Below, one piece after another: positions 18,680 to 30,085 of a stretch of 64,000 nt of DNA. Source of the stretch: Paramoeba atlantica (taxonomy: Eukaryota; Protista; Discosea); contig CDRNVI010000030.1 of NCBI GenBank assembly GCA_977017575.1, positions 434,001-498,000 on the forward strand. Direction: 5' to 3'. The translations under genes were made by a program, and so were the position numbers. Each line of letters starts with the position of its first letter. Positions within the stretch are counted from its first letter, which is position 1. The notes under the pieces are model-generated. The model did not search any database. It saw only the letters and a program-made list of their open reading frames with translations, and was not told where the DNA came from.

Positions 18680-21600
18680 ATGAAAGAACAGGAGGCTGTC
18701 GCAAAAGAAACCGCCACGAAGGAAGCTGCCGCGAAAGAAGGCGCCGCGCAGGAAGCTGCCGCGAAAGCGATAACAGCGAAACAGGCTTCACAAGAAGGAC
18801 TCGAAAAAGTAACTCCAAACCGGGTAGCGGTAAATCAGACAAATCGGCTGGCGGCCATCGGGAAAGTGGCCGGTTTTGTCGGGAAAGCAGTCTGGAAGGG
18901 ACTTCAAACCCTCAACGGAGCTCATTTATTGAAGAGAGATGAAAGCCCACTAAAAAAACAATACGTCAACGGCTACTCAAATCATGGGGAGGGATGGTTT
19001 CACGACGTGCGAGGTTTCGACATCTTCTCCGACGCGCCCGAAGGGGATACACCTGATACGTATTTCACGCCTGTAAAACCCGATTATCGGACTCCCAACG
19101 ATGATGAAACACCACCTACATGTACAACAAACAACCTGTCGATCCCACTACCGATCGGTGAACTTTACACTGCCGGAGTGGTTGAAAGAGAGGATGGTGA
19201 TTATAGCATAGGGGAGATAATTCATCCCACCGAAAATCAGGAAGGTACGACAGAAGGAGGACACGAGCCCGACAAGGTCAACTCGATCGATCCGCATGCC
19301 AGACACGACGACTTAGAAAGAATTTGCTTCGACGAAGAAGTCGATTCTGGACGGCTATGCACTGAGCTTGGGTCTATGTCACCGCAGTCTCACTATCCGA
19401 TTCCCGCCGATCATTTGTGGAATGCCTCGAAACATGTCAAAAAGGGAGCGATGTGCACCATCGCATGGACATTCGATAACCGAGACCAGATCAATATATC
19501 TATTGGCAAAGTTACCAGCGTGAATAGGAGAAAAGGTGCCGCCAAATTGAACTTGCAATACAAAGGTATTGCAGGCCACAAGATCGATGAAGAATTTTTC
19601 GGAACGCTGCCACCACAAGAAACGGTTAGAGTGTACAGAATTATATGGCACTGTACTCCACCGCCCCCAGAAACCTGTCCACCGAAGCTGAACCAGTCGA
19701 TCCCGCACATTCCCAATGCAGCCCTTCCCGTCCCTGATTGGACTGACGACGATCTGGACCGCGCACCTATCCCAACATCACGAGTTATGAGGCCTGAGTT
19801 AATACCAGGCGTCATCGCCACATACCGAGAAATAATGAGTGACTACGCGAACAGCCCTTACCCACAAAGACACAAAATCTGGCACGCGGTCCTCTCGGCC
19901 ATGAAAACATCCTTAGCTACACTTCGACAACAACCCAATCGCAACAGATGTCGGCGACCATTCCCGCCGGAGGAAACAGCGCGAGACTCAGCCCAACAGA
20001 ATATGAAAGATGGGAAAGCACTTTTGGATCGTTCGAATGGAAAAGAAGACAATGGAGACGAACTTTCGGAGAACAAGGGAGACCTCACGGCTTCTGATAA
20101 ACGAGCCATTAAAAGAGCAACACGGCTCGTGATAGAAGGATATGCCAGGAAAGGAGCTCAAGTGCTTGACCGCAAAATTGAGAAGCAATACTTATCCGAA
20201 GAAGAGACATTCAAGAAACTTCAAGACTTACACCCACAAAACCCATACGAACTTGATCTTCCATGTGACGCCCCCCTAATAGGCGGACTCACCCCTACTG
20301 AACTCCGCTCTGCTGGGTTGCGCCTCGCCAAAGGAGCTAGCCCCGGACCAACTGGTACGACGGACACGATAGTACGCATACTCATCGATGACCCTGTATG
20401 CTGCGGGAGTCTTTGCCACATGATTCAGGACCTGATCAATGGATTTCTCACTAAAGAACTGATGCGCCGATTAACACGAGCAAGGTTAATTGGTATTCCC
20501 AAGCCTGATGGAGGCATCCGCCCGATCGCAATTGGTGAAGTCCTAATGAAACTTTCTGGCTTGGTCCTTGTTCAGCGATTTGAACCCACCCTGCAACCGC
20601 TATTTGCGCCGCTCCAACAAGGAGTTCTATCTAAGTCAGGCTGCGAGAAGATTGTACATCGGCTAAACTCCCTATATCGCGACGGCTCGTGCATCCTATC
20701 CGTAGATGTAAAAAACGCCTTCAACTCCCCATCGCGACCAGCCCTGGCGAAAGCCGTATATGGTCTTGCTACATTGAAACCCTTCCAGAGGTTTTTCCAT
20801 GCTGAATACGCAACGGCATCTGAGTTGCTATACTACGGAAATCAAGGTCACCATGTAGGAACAATTCCAAGCACAAATGGTGTCCGACAAGGGTCCACAC
20901 TTTCATCGGTTTATTTCTGTGCCCTATTGCAACCAATACTTGAAACTCTGTCTGCAGAGCACCCTGATATCACAATCAACGCTTATTTCGATGATGTAAC
21001 TATTGCGTCAAAAAACCCCGAGCGATTGGCCAGTGCCTTCTCCCGACTAAAAACGCTTCTAGAGGAACAAAATCTAATAGTTGCTCCCAAAAAATGTGTC
21101 TGGTTTGGCGGACTGGAAGAAGAACCATTACCACAAGAATTAGAAAGCGCCGGGGTAATCACCAAAAAAAAAGCAACGAAAATCCTTGGGGCTTTCATCG
21201 GGGACGACAAATCGGTCAGCGAACGCCTAATACAGTCACTGACGAAGCACAACGACAGCTTCCGACGGCTCAAATTGATGGGGGTTAACAATGTATCGTG
21301 CAATCTGCTTTCCAGATGTATAAACGTTAGACAGGCCTACCACCTCCGTGCACACAACCCCACCGCTTCAGCTGAACTAGCGACCCGATTCGACAAAGAG
21401 GTAGAAAACGTTCTTACATCATGGTTCGGACATCTCTCGGATGAACAAATCGCGTTGCTGCGAATGCCCACAAAAAAAGGAGGACTTGGCTTGACAGACT
21501 GCTCTTCCACGCGAGAGGCCGCGTACCGCTCCTCATGCCACTCTGTTCTTGAGCGCCCCATAAACAATTCAGCTCGGACAGATGGAATCAGGGAGCGAAA

Positions 21601-22507
21601 TGTTGGATCAGCGGACCACCTTCAGAGCAACATACCTCCGGTAGACGAAACCACGACGGCGGCTCAAAAGCACATCAAAATTTGGAAAAAGATGACCCGC
21701 GAGCAATCAAACATAGCGAAGGTACTCGAAAAAGTAACACACAAAGGCAATAACGGATGGACGCACTCTGACGCGCGACTCATACCATCACACCTGTTCA
21801 GTCTCGCCGTCATGCCCCGATTGGGAATCGCTCACCCAGATCTGCCATCACACATCACATGCCCCGGCTGCAGAATTCTTCTTGACTCCGATTCAATCTT
21901 GACACACATCATGGGCTGTACAAAATGCAGTGGTCTCAATGCCACGACTAAACACAACACTCTGGTCAACTTCATTTACGAACTCTGCATGAAAACAGGC
22001 ATTCCGTGCGAAAAGGAGCCCCGTGCACTGTCAACTTTCCGCTGCACACAATGTAACGAGATCGTTAACCCCAATCACCGAAAACTTCACGAGAAAACGT
22101 GTGGTGGGCGGTCGTTTCATCGGTCCGGTCCTGACATTGTTATATATTGGGCAACCGGCGAGATATACTACGATCTAACAGTCATCCACGAATTGGCACC
22201 CTCAAACCTTGACACAAAGTGTGCACATTTATTCCGCGACGCCTGTCGACGAAAACATGACACATACGTCAAGACCGGGAAGATCATGGCTGAAAGCTTT
22301 CAATGTATACCTGTCCTCTCAGGGGGTGCAATGCATTCAAACACGAAGGCTCTTATGGATGCTCTCGCAGATGCCTGTGGAATGCAGCGCAAACGCGTTT
22401 ATGCCGAATTTCAGCTATTGTTGCAGGAGCTTAATGGGGCGGTAGCATATTCACAGCTGAGTCGATACCTTCGCAAGGAGGACAAAAGTCGGGAATATGC
22501 CTTCTAA
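18680..22507 (+). CDS. intact CRE-like non-LTR retrotransposon ORF, group B (1275 aa; RT + Zn + RLE)
   Basis: PGPTG, RPIAIGE, DVKNAFN, GVRQGS, YFDD, CPGC..H..GC..C, GPDIVIYW..YDLTVIH..K; A-run at ~22597-22611. Confidence 0.95.
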   Translation: MKEQEAVAKETATKEAAAKEGAAQEAAAKAITAKQASQEGLEKVTPNRVAVNQTNRLAAIGKVAGFVGKAVWKGLQTLNGAHLLKRDESPLKKQYVNGYSNHGEGWFHDVRGFDIFSDAPEGDTPDTYFTPVKPDYRTPNDDETPPTCTTNNLSIPLPIGELYTAGVVEREDGDYSIGEIIHPTENQEGTTEGGHEPDKVNSIDPHARHDDLERICFDEEVDSGRLCTELGSMSPQSHYPIPADHLWNASKHVKKGAMCTIAWTFDNRDQINISIGKVTSVNRRKGAAKLNLQYKGIAGHKIDEEFFGTLPPQETVRVYRIIWHCTPPPPETCPPKLNQSIPHIPNAALPVPDWTDDDLDRAPIPTSRVMRPELIPGVIATYREIMSDYANSPYPQRHKIWHAVLSAMKTSLATLRQQPNRNRCRRPFPPEETARDSAQQNMKDGKALLDRSNGKEDNGDELSENKGDLTASDKRAIKRATRLVIEGYARKGAQVLDRKIEKQYLSEEETFKKLQDLHPQNPYELDLPCDAPLIGGLTPTELRSAGLRLAKGASPGPTGTTDTIVRILIDDPVCCGSLCHMIQDLINGFLTKELMRRLTRARLIGIPKPDGGIRPIAIGEVLMKLSGLVLVQRFEPTLQPLFAPLQQGVLSKSGCEKIVHRLNSLYRDGSCILSVDVKNAFNSPSRPALAKAVYGLATLKPFQRFFHAEYATASELLYYGNQGHHVGTIPSTNGVRQGSTLSSVYFCALLQPILETLSAEHPDITINAYFDDVTIASKNPERLASAFSRLKTLLEEQNLIVAPKKCVWFGGLEEEPLPQELESAGVITKKKATKILGAFIGDDKSVSERLIQSLTKHNDSFRRLKLMGVNNVSCNLLSRCINVRQAYHLRAHNPTASAELATRFDKEVENVLTSWFGHLSDEQIALLRMPTKKGGLGLTDCSSTREAAYRSSCHSVLERPINNSARTDGIRERNVGSADHLQSNIPPVDETTTAAQKHIKIWKKMTREQSNIAKVLEKVTHKGNNGWTHSDARLIPSHLFSLAVMPRLGIAHPDLPSHITCPGCRILLDSDSILTHIMGCTKCSGLNATTKHNTLVNFIYELCMKTGIPCEKEPRALSTFRCTQCNEIVNPNHRKLHEKTCGGRSFHRSGPDIVIYWATGEIYYDLTVIHELAPSNLDTKCAHLFRDACRRKHDTYVKTGKIMAESFQCIPVLSGGAMHSNTKALMDALADACGMQRKRVYAEFQLLLQELNGAVAYSQLSRYLRKEDKSREYAF

Positions 22508-22880
22508 AGCACGGAACAATGCGCCTTCGCCAGTGCACTGATTTCAATTCGCTGAGAATCTAACGCTGAGAATCTAAGAACATATAATATAAGAATGAAA
22601 AAAAAAAAAAACTATAAAAGTTTACGAAAAAAAATCATCGGTGCGTACCCAAAAGCCAAGACAGAATTAGAAAAATCCATCATTCGGCACAAGCTTTTAA
22701 ATGCACCCAGAGACTCCTTGGCCACGATTCGGAAAAGCTGAGCGGTGCTACGTCCAACATTTGATTGCGATAGCTCGTGGACGATGGTGAAATCGTAGTA
22801 TACATCTCCGCTTGCCCAATGAATCACGATATCTGGGCCCGAATGATAAAAAGATCCGGATCCGCAGGTTCTTTGGTGAT

Positions 22881-25800
22881 TTTTTTTTTTTTTTTTAATT
22901 CGGGGGGAGATTTGTTTCGGGGGGAAAACCCCCGGTAGGGGGCATCCTGAATAATGAGGTCCCATCTCCTTTGATCAATTCTTATCGTAAACTTTTAGAG
23001 CCTTGACGAACACCTGCATTGCTCTTTTTTTTTCGGTTTTCAGAAAAATCATATTATATTTCGGGGACAATAATTCGTATATATGCATTTGGGGATTTAA
23101 TCCTTTTGTTTAGTGTCACTGTCTGTGAACATTCATCTCAGTTTCTTTTCATAGACTTTCAGTGTTTACGAATAGCCTTCACACAACACAAAATCAACAA
23201 ACAGAACAATATTTCTACCAGAAACAATACATACAAGTTCTCACGATTCTGCATAGGCGGAAGAGGGGGAAGAGTAGTAGTATTAATGAGAAACCTAAAC
23301 AACGGTACGATCATCAAGGAAACTAGCAACATTCGTAACTCTCAATGAAATCTAATATTAGGATTAGGATTCGTAGGAGGAGGAAAGGGGGGAGAGCTCG
23401 CTGAGGTCTTTCTCTAGGCAAGAGAAAGAGTAAAGAAAAGAGAGAGAAGGGAAGGGAGAAAGACAGAAAGCTTTGTTCGCATTTGAGGAACATTTTTGAC
23501 CTAAGATCGAAGTCCTCCGATCCAGTTCTCCTTCGGGATGTAATGACGAAGTTGCGAAACAACCGTGTATGCCGTCATCTTTTCGATTTCGAGCTGAAGG
23601 GCTTGCCGTACGTTTTCGTATTTTAACTGGGCTCGGTTCGCCAACGCCTTCAACAGCACTTTCGTGTCGTTATGTAGTAGGCCACAATCAGTTGTGGCCA
23701 GGCAACGAAAAGAATCGCTATCGACGCCTTTTTCTACGACGTATTTCTTGAACTTCTTATCAATAACTTGCTGCATCAGTGCTGTGCTAGTTTGTTTGGC
23801 ATAGCTGGCGCAGCAAGTGTGAACAACGGTGAAATCGTACAGGACTTCCCCCATGTGGGGCCACATGATGGCAAGGTCGGGGCCAGAACGAATGCGGCGG
23901 GCTTTGCACGGATGTTGCTCGGAAACCTCGGCTGAGATGGTGCATTTACATTTCGTGCAGAAATAGGAGGAATATATGCGTGGCTCAATGACCGAAGGCA
24001 ATCCAGCTTTGGAACACAAATCGGCGAGATAACGGACGATGTGGGAGTGCTTGCGCGTACAGTTCATTCCTGAGCACCGGGAGCATCCTGCGACGTGGGA
24101 AATGATACTGGAAGGCGACTCTTGACTGCAGCAGCCCGGACAAGTAATCTTAGCGGGTGCTTTCGAAAGACCGATTCCCAAGCGCATCATAAGCGTGTAG
24201 CGAAAAAGGTATGGATTTATATAATTACTAGTGCTCTCGAGATGAAGATTTGCTTCTTTCGTGCGCTTCAAGATGTGTTCTATTCGACCGTTTTTCTTCA
24301 ACTCTGCCAGTTGTTTCTCGTGCTCAGTGGTCATTTTCTTCTTCAGTAGCTTTTGAGCAATTTCTCCGCGACTCTGAGCCTTCGCGCTTGTTTTGTTCCC
24401 GCCTGTAAGATCTACCGGAGCGTAAGTGGGTTGAAAGTGCTCATCAATAGATGTTTGGGAGGATTCAAAAAAGAACTTTTGCTTGAGAACGGAGGAAATC
24501 AGACCTAAGCCACCAAGCTTTTGTGGGAGTGCTGCAAGTTGAAAGGCGGTTTCATCGGCGCCGCACCATTTTTCAACAACCTTGTGAACTTGTTTCTCAA
24601 ATGCTTCTGCAAGTCGTCGGGTAGCATGGGGTCGATGTACCCTTAAATGATAGTCTTGCCGGGGGATCATACATCGCCGTAGAATGGCCAGAGATAGGTT
24701 ACTAGGTCCCATGAGCAGGAGGCGACGAAAGAGGCATTGGTGTTTGCTCATTTTCTTGATAAGTAGGTCCTCCACAATCTCATCTCCGCCAATATAAGCC
24801 CCGAGAATTTTTAGTGTATCTGTGCGGAAATTGACGCCTAACCCCTCCAATGAAGATTCGCCAGTGCATGGGGTGTCTTTCTGAAACCATTCACACTTTT
24901 CAAACTTAACTTGAAGGTTAATCTCTCCGGTGATTTCCCGTAGGTGCAGGAACGCTGCCTCGAGCGATTTCACATTTTTGGAGCTTAGAGTCACGTCGTC
25001 TTGATATGCTCGAATATTGACATCGGGATAGAGGCCGGCAACTTCACGAAGTGGTCCCTGTAAAAGCGCGCAGAAATACATCGAAGATAGAGCAGACCCT
25101 TGACGAATTCCAGAGGTGCTGTCGATGGTTGCGAAAAGGGAGTTATGCGCAAAGAAAAGTAGCTCGGAAGGAAGCCCATACTCTAGAAAGAAAAGCCGCA
25201 TAAAGGGTTTGAAAATCGGATTCTCGGTCAGTGACTTTGCAATGGCATCGCGATGTGGCGTGTTATATGCGTTGCTAAAATCCACCGTCAGCAGTGCATG
25301 TCCCTCGTCGTATTCTCGCAACAACTCATGAATAATGGACTCACACGCATTTTTATGGAGCACTCCTCGTTGGATAGGCGCAAAGAAACCCTTTAGATTA
25401 GATTCGTGTCGCTGAAGCAAGATCGATCCGCATATTTTCAAAATGGTGTCACCCATGGCTACCGGTCGTATTCCATTTTGTGGCTTCGGGAGGGCAATTA
25501 TTCTACATCGTGTGAGTCGCTTTCGAACGCTAAAAGGAATCTCACCGTTGATGACATCACGGATCATGTGGCATAATGAAAGGCACGCTTCATCGTCATC
25601 GGCGAGCAACCGCACCATGCTTTCACTTGATCCACTCGGCCCTGGAGAGGCTCCCTTTGCCAATCTTTCGACTGCTAGGCGGAATTCCGATTGTTCGACA
25701 ACAGCAATCCTAGGAAAATCAGCTATAGGGATGTCAATGGCGGGGCCTTCTGGATGAAGCTCTTTGAGTTTCCGAACTTTTTCCTCGGCTGTCAGCGGGG

Positions 25801-27037
25801 AATCTCGATAAATGTTGTCGAGAATGCGGACCGCTTTACCAGTATTCCCAGCTCGCGCCGTGTTTAAAGCATTGCGAATCGAGCGTTTGTCTATTTGTAG
25901 TTCTTCACGTTCTTCAGGGGTGAGGGAGTTATCCGCGTCAAGATGCTCCATCTTTCTGACATGGCCTACAGTTGTGGTTCGTCTAGCTAAGGTGCGAACT
26001 GAAGCCAAGGAGTCTCGAGGGGCGTTGAGGAATTTGTGCCATATTGCTTCCTTTTCAGAGTCGAGCTTTGCATTTGAGTAACCGCGGATGATGGCACGAA
26101 AGATAGCCACCACATGGACTGAGAAAGATGGATCAATTCGCGCCATATGTGGCAGAGGTTCGAGATCACTTTGACCATCTTCAGATGAAATTTTAGATGC
26201 TTCTTCTTCAAAGTTCTTTGCCTGCACCTCAACTTTAACAAGTTTAGTCGCCCGAAGACTACAAATTTTGATTTTGCTAGATTGGGGAAGATAAAGAAAA
26301 CCTTTGGGGCCGTCGTTCCCAGGAGCTGGCTCATAGGAAATCTTAATTTTCACCTGCCCTTGTCTTGCGGATCGTCCAACTACCGTTCCTTTTGATTTGT
26401 ATGTCGTAGAGCTTTGTCGAAAACCCCATTCCATCACGCATTCCGTACCTTTTCCCCAATGTGCTACAACTTTGTGAACATGATCTGCTGCTTTAAAGTT
26501 GTTGCTGTTCGTCCCCATCAGTCGCTCCACCTCGCTTTCGCTATCCAGTGACATGGTGTCGTCGACTCCAGCGACATCGTGATCGTAGTCCGAGTCGTCA
26601 TTTTCCATTTCGTTCCCGTTCGGAATATTGTCTGCTGCCGGATGCTGCGCTGAAGTTTTACAATCAATGGTGGATTTGATCGCGCGATCCAAATTAAATC
26701 TCTGCGAAGTAATTTTAATGATGTTTTTATTGTCGGCTTGAGATGGAGTTTTGTTTTGTTCGTCCAGTGTCATCCCGTGATCGACCCAATTTTTCGACAG
26801 GGGCGTAGACCCAATGATGCGGATGCGTGGGGTCTTCTTAGGTTTCTCCGACGCCGAAGCCATACTCTTCACCTCGTTGTTCTCATTGTTGTTCTGCTCT
26901 TGTTTTCGTAATTTTACCGTCAATCTACATGATTTCACACCGAAGCCTTTCGACGTCTGAGAAGTTCCACGGGCAAGGCGTGCCATGAAGCGATTAAAAA
27001 AGAGTAGAAAAAGAAAAATAATTCAACAAGGTACAGG
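22881..27037 (-). mobile_element. complete retrotransposed group-A CRE: SL remnant - ORF - 3' UTR - poly(A), 8-bp TSD TTGGTGAT
   Basis: SL at 27024-27036, poly(A) at 22881-22896, TSD at 22873-22880 and 27038-27045. Confidence 0.9.
23501..26986 (-). CDS. intact CRE-like ORF, group A (1161 aa; RT + Zn + RLE)
   Basis: PGPSG, RPVAMGD, DFSNAYN, GIRQGS, YQDD, CPGC..H..GC..C, GPDLAIMW..YDFTVVH..K. Confidence 0.95.
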   Translation of the reverse strand: MARLARGTSQTSKGFGVKSCRLTVKLRKQEQNNNENNEVKSMASASEKPKKTPRIRIIGSTPLSKNWVDHGMTLDEQNKTPSQADNKNIIKITSQRFNLDRAIKSTIDCKTSAQHPAADNIPNGNEMENDDSDYDHDVAGVDDTMSLDSESEVERLMGTNSNNFKAADHVHKVVAHWGKGTECVMEWGFRQSSTTYKSKGTVVGRSARQGQVKIKISYEPAPGNDGPKGFLYLPQSSKIKICSLRATKLVKVEVQAKNFEEEASKISSEDGQSDLEPLPHMARIDPSFSVHVVAIFRAIIRGYSNAKLDSEKEAIWHKFLNAPRDSLASVRTLARRTTTVGHVRKMEHLDADNSLTPEEREELQIDKRSIRNALNTARAGNTGKAVRILDNIYRDSPLTAEEKVRKLKELHPEGPAIDIPIADFPRIAVVEQSEFRLAVERLAKGASPGPSGSSESMVRLLADDDEACLSLCHMIRDVINGEIPFSVRKRLTRCRIIALPKPQNGIRPVAMGDTILKICGSILLQRHESNLKGFFAPIQRGVLHKNACESIIHELLREYDEGHALLTVDFSNAYNTPHRDAIAKSLTENPIFKPFMRLFFLEYGLPSELLFFAHNSLFATIDSTSGIRQGSALSSMYFCALLQGPLREVAGLYPDVNIRAYQDDVTLSSKNVKSLEAAFLHLREITGEINLQVKFEKCEWFQKDTPCTGESSLEGLGVNFRTDTLKILGAYIGGDEIVEDLLIKKMSKHQCLFRRLLLMGPSNLSLAILRRCMIPRQDYHLRVHRPHATRRLAEAFEKQVHKVVEKWCGADETAFQLAALPQKLGGLGLISSVLKQKFFFESSQTSIDEHFQPTYAPVDLTGGNKTSAKAQSRGEIAQKLLKKKMTTEHEKQLAELKKNGRIEHILKRTKEANLHLESTSNYINPYLFRYTLMMRLGIGLSKAPAKITCPGCCSQESPSSIISHVAGCSRCSGMNCTRKHSHIVRYLADLCSKAGLPSVIEPRIYSSYFCTKCKCTISAEVSEQHPCKARRIRSGPDLAIMWPHMGEVLYDFTVVHTCCASYAKQTSTALMQQVIDKKFKKYVVEKGVDSDSFRCLATTDCGLLHNDTKVLLKALANRAQLKYENVRQALQLEIEKMTAYTVVSQLRHYIPKENWIGGLRS

Positions 27038-28307
27038 TTGGTGATGGGATTTGCCGTCGCCATCCACGCTTGCTCCACATTTTGCGCAAGTATAGGTGGA
27101 GAACTGTCTGGGTTCCAGCTCACAGGGCAGACCTGATTTTATGCATAATTCATAAATATTCCGAACCATCCTGTTGTGCTTTGCCGTTGCGTTATTGCCT
27201 GAACATTTGACGCACCCGGACACGTGCGTGAGCGCTGTACGGGGGGTAAGTAATGCATGGCACCCTGGACACTGTAAATTGGAGGGGAGGCTCGGATGTG
27301 CAATCCCAATGCATGGCATAACTGCTAACTTGAAAAGTCGCGTAGGTACAAGTCTAGAATTTGAGGTGAGCCATGAATAGTTACCTTTGGAGCTAGCTGC
27401 TCGTATTATGTGGGCTTGCGTTTTGTCTGTCATTAATTTGTCCCGTATGTCGTTGTGGTAGAGTTCCTCGGTGACTTCTTCTTCCTCCGTAGGGGCGTGC
27501 TGGCTGAGTTGAGGTTGGCTCTGCACTACGCCTAAACGAGCGGCGGGAGCTGAAAGGTGAGATGGTCGCTCCGTTGCTGCAAGTTTCGAACGAGTGTAGG
27601 CTGCCTCTCGAAGAGGTTCTGAGGGAGTAAGTCCAAGCCCGCCTTTTTTGAGGGGAAGGCGTGCCCAAGAAAGTTGTTCTGCTGTGAGTTCTCCAAACCA
27701 CGTCTGTAGCGTATCTGATACCCTGGAGTCGAATTGTCGCGTAAGGTGCAATGATGAATTGCACTTCCGGAAGAAAAACATATAGTCAATCAGATATAGT
27801 AAGCGTATGTAAACTGTAATGTTTAATCTGTAGAACTACAGAGCTACCGAAATATAACATCCATCATGGACAACAGAGTAAAAGACATTATCTTCACCAG
27901 TACTGTAATATCAACTTCGCGAAGTATCAAATCTATTTTATATACCTCATGAACTTTTTCCTGGAGAGAACTCCCTTCCCTCCCTTTCTCGAACGGGTGT
28001 CCGACGTAGACGACGGAAGATAGTTTGGTGCTTTTCGAGCTTTTGCAGAAGCTTCTCACTTACGATGTCTGGTTCTCCAACAAAAGCCCCCAGAACCTTT
28101 ATCGCTTGTGCTTCAGTTGCCACGCCAGCTCCTTGTAATGGATTCGGAAGAGGGATTTTTTGTGTTCCTTCGAACCAGACACACTTTTGAGGGGCCATAT
28201 CCACTCGTTTCTCGAGCAGCAGTTCCCTTAGGCGGAAGTAAGCTTTTGCGATAAGTTCCGGCTCGGTTGACGCAATGCTGATATCGTCAATGTAGGCATA
28301 GATCCGT

Positions 28308-29411
28308 GGGTAGGGGGGACCTTCGATGAAGCTTCATCGAAAGTGTACAACTTTCGATGAAGCACATTGAAAGTTGTACACTTTCGATGAATCTTCATCG
28401 AAGGTGTTTTTGACATTTTTTTTATTTTTTTAAATCTTCACGCAAACGGTTTTCGCGGATCCATATAGACATTTTGACTTTTTTGGTGCATCATCGAAGT
28501 GTTTTGTGAAGGCTCGTAGAGGAATTTCACCGTTTCTTCAGTTTATCTTCATCGAAGCGTTTTTGACTGATCCATATACATATTTTGAGCGACAATCCTG
28601 CGGAAGGGGTAAACACAGCATTTTCGTTGAGTACTCAACGAAGTGCCGGATTTTCGTTGAGTACTCAACGAACGGAAATTCACGGTGGAAATCAAGGACT
28701 TTTGCATAAGTCAAGGACTTTTGTGGAACATCCAAGAATTTTTTTTTGATTTTCATTTTCCGTGCGTTCAGTATCCTACACTTCGCTATATACGTTGACA
28801 ACGCCTGCGTAGCGAAAACTACGAAATTCAGTGAGCTTCGCAAATTGCTTCCCACTAACGACGCACAGGGGAACCCTACGCGGGGTACGGCTCAGGCCCG
28901 CTCACGCGGGCCCTCGCCGTTTCGCGGCCGCGCGCACCCCCGCTCACGCGGGGGCCCCCGCGCGGCCAAAATGGGTACTAAAATTTGTTATCAAGGTAGT
29001 TGGGCTTCGCAAATTGCTTCCCACGAATGGGTACTAAAATTTGTTATCAAGGTAGTTGGTCAAGATTATCAAGATTATCAAGTAGTTATCAGTTGGGCCT
29101 TTCTTCCTCCTCCCTCTAAGGTCCTGCAGATTTTTTACGGTCACAGGGTACGTTCGTTGAGAAATCAACGAACGTACCCCCAAGCCAAAATGTGAAAGAA
29201 AACGGAAAGTCAGAATTCAGACAAAAAAACAAAAAATTATTGAAATTAAAATGAAATTATATGTTTCATGCAACGTGTTTTCAACAGCCAATGGAAAAAT
29301 TCGTTCAAAAACAAAAAGTTAAAAAAGTCAAAAAAAGTCAAAAACACCTTCGATGAAGATTCATCGAAAGTGTACAACTTTCGATGTGCTTCATCGAAAG
29401 TGTACAACTTT
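28308..29411. mobile_element. TIR element T3, one end truncated (inverted relative to T5)
   Basis: Starts GGGTAGGGGGGACC; interior is essentially the reverse complement of 31397-32452; the second TIR is replaced by a CRE fragment. Confidence 0.85.
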
Positions 29412-30085
29412 GGTAGACGCAAAAAGAAGCATCGACGTCCAACCTGGCGCCGTTTGATTCAAGGGAAACAGGAAGGCGAATCATCCGGCTCCGAAAGCGA
29501 TAAGCGCGATCCGCCACGGAAAGTCTCCCAGAGCCGTGAGGCCCAACGTCATGAACCTGCCAAGATCTCGCTTTCCCAAGATAAAGCGAGCTACGCACTG
29601 AAAAACGAACGAAGATCCTTTGTTCATAACCCCTGCCAACTCACAAACGGCCCGAACACCCACTCGAAGAAAGAATCACAAGCTCATAAATCCATGTCAA
29701 AAAAGCGGTGCGATGAACAGAAACCCTCTGCCAAAGAAACATTGTCGCGCCACTGCCCCGAGTTGGACACGGAGGCCGACGCTGATTATGATAGCGCTGG
29801 TGCGAAAACCGTCACGGAAGAAAATTCCCCCATATCCCCAGACTACGTCGTCGACCAAATCTCGAACTGGGGAAAAGGCACCGAATGCAGCGTACGATGG
29901 TCTTTCCGCAGCTCCCAGAACTTGGTTTACGATTCGATCGGCGAAGTTGTCTCACGGAAGGTGAGAAGGAAAACGCTGAGCATCAATCTCTCGTACAAGC
30001 CCGCCCCCGGGGCGACAGGTCCCTCAGGAAATCTTTATTTGCCTCAGTCGTCCAAGATTTTTTTTTACAAGCTTAATAAAACTCA
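29412..30085 (+). pseudogene. group-A CRE N-terminal fragment
   Basis: DQISNWGKGTECSVRWSFR..SIGEVVSR..LSYKPAPG..LYLPQSSKI aligns with the 23501 ORF. Confidence 0.85.

Larger units (their letters stand above)
22720..28307 (-). mobile_element. group-B CRE host fragment (YIDD RT end to RLE), split by the 22881-27037 insertion
   Basis: RIYAYIDD at ~28300; 27038-27760 ends at ..DGKSHH and the frame resumes as QRTCGSGS at 22880. Confidence 0.85.
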
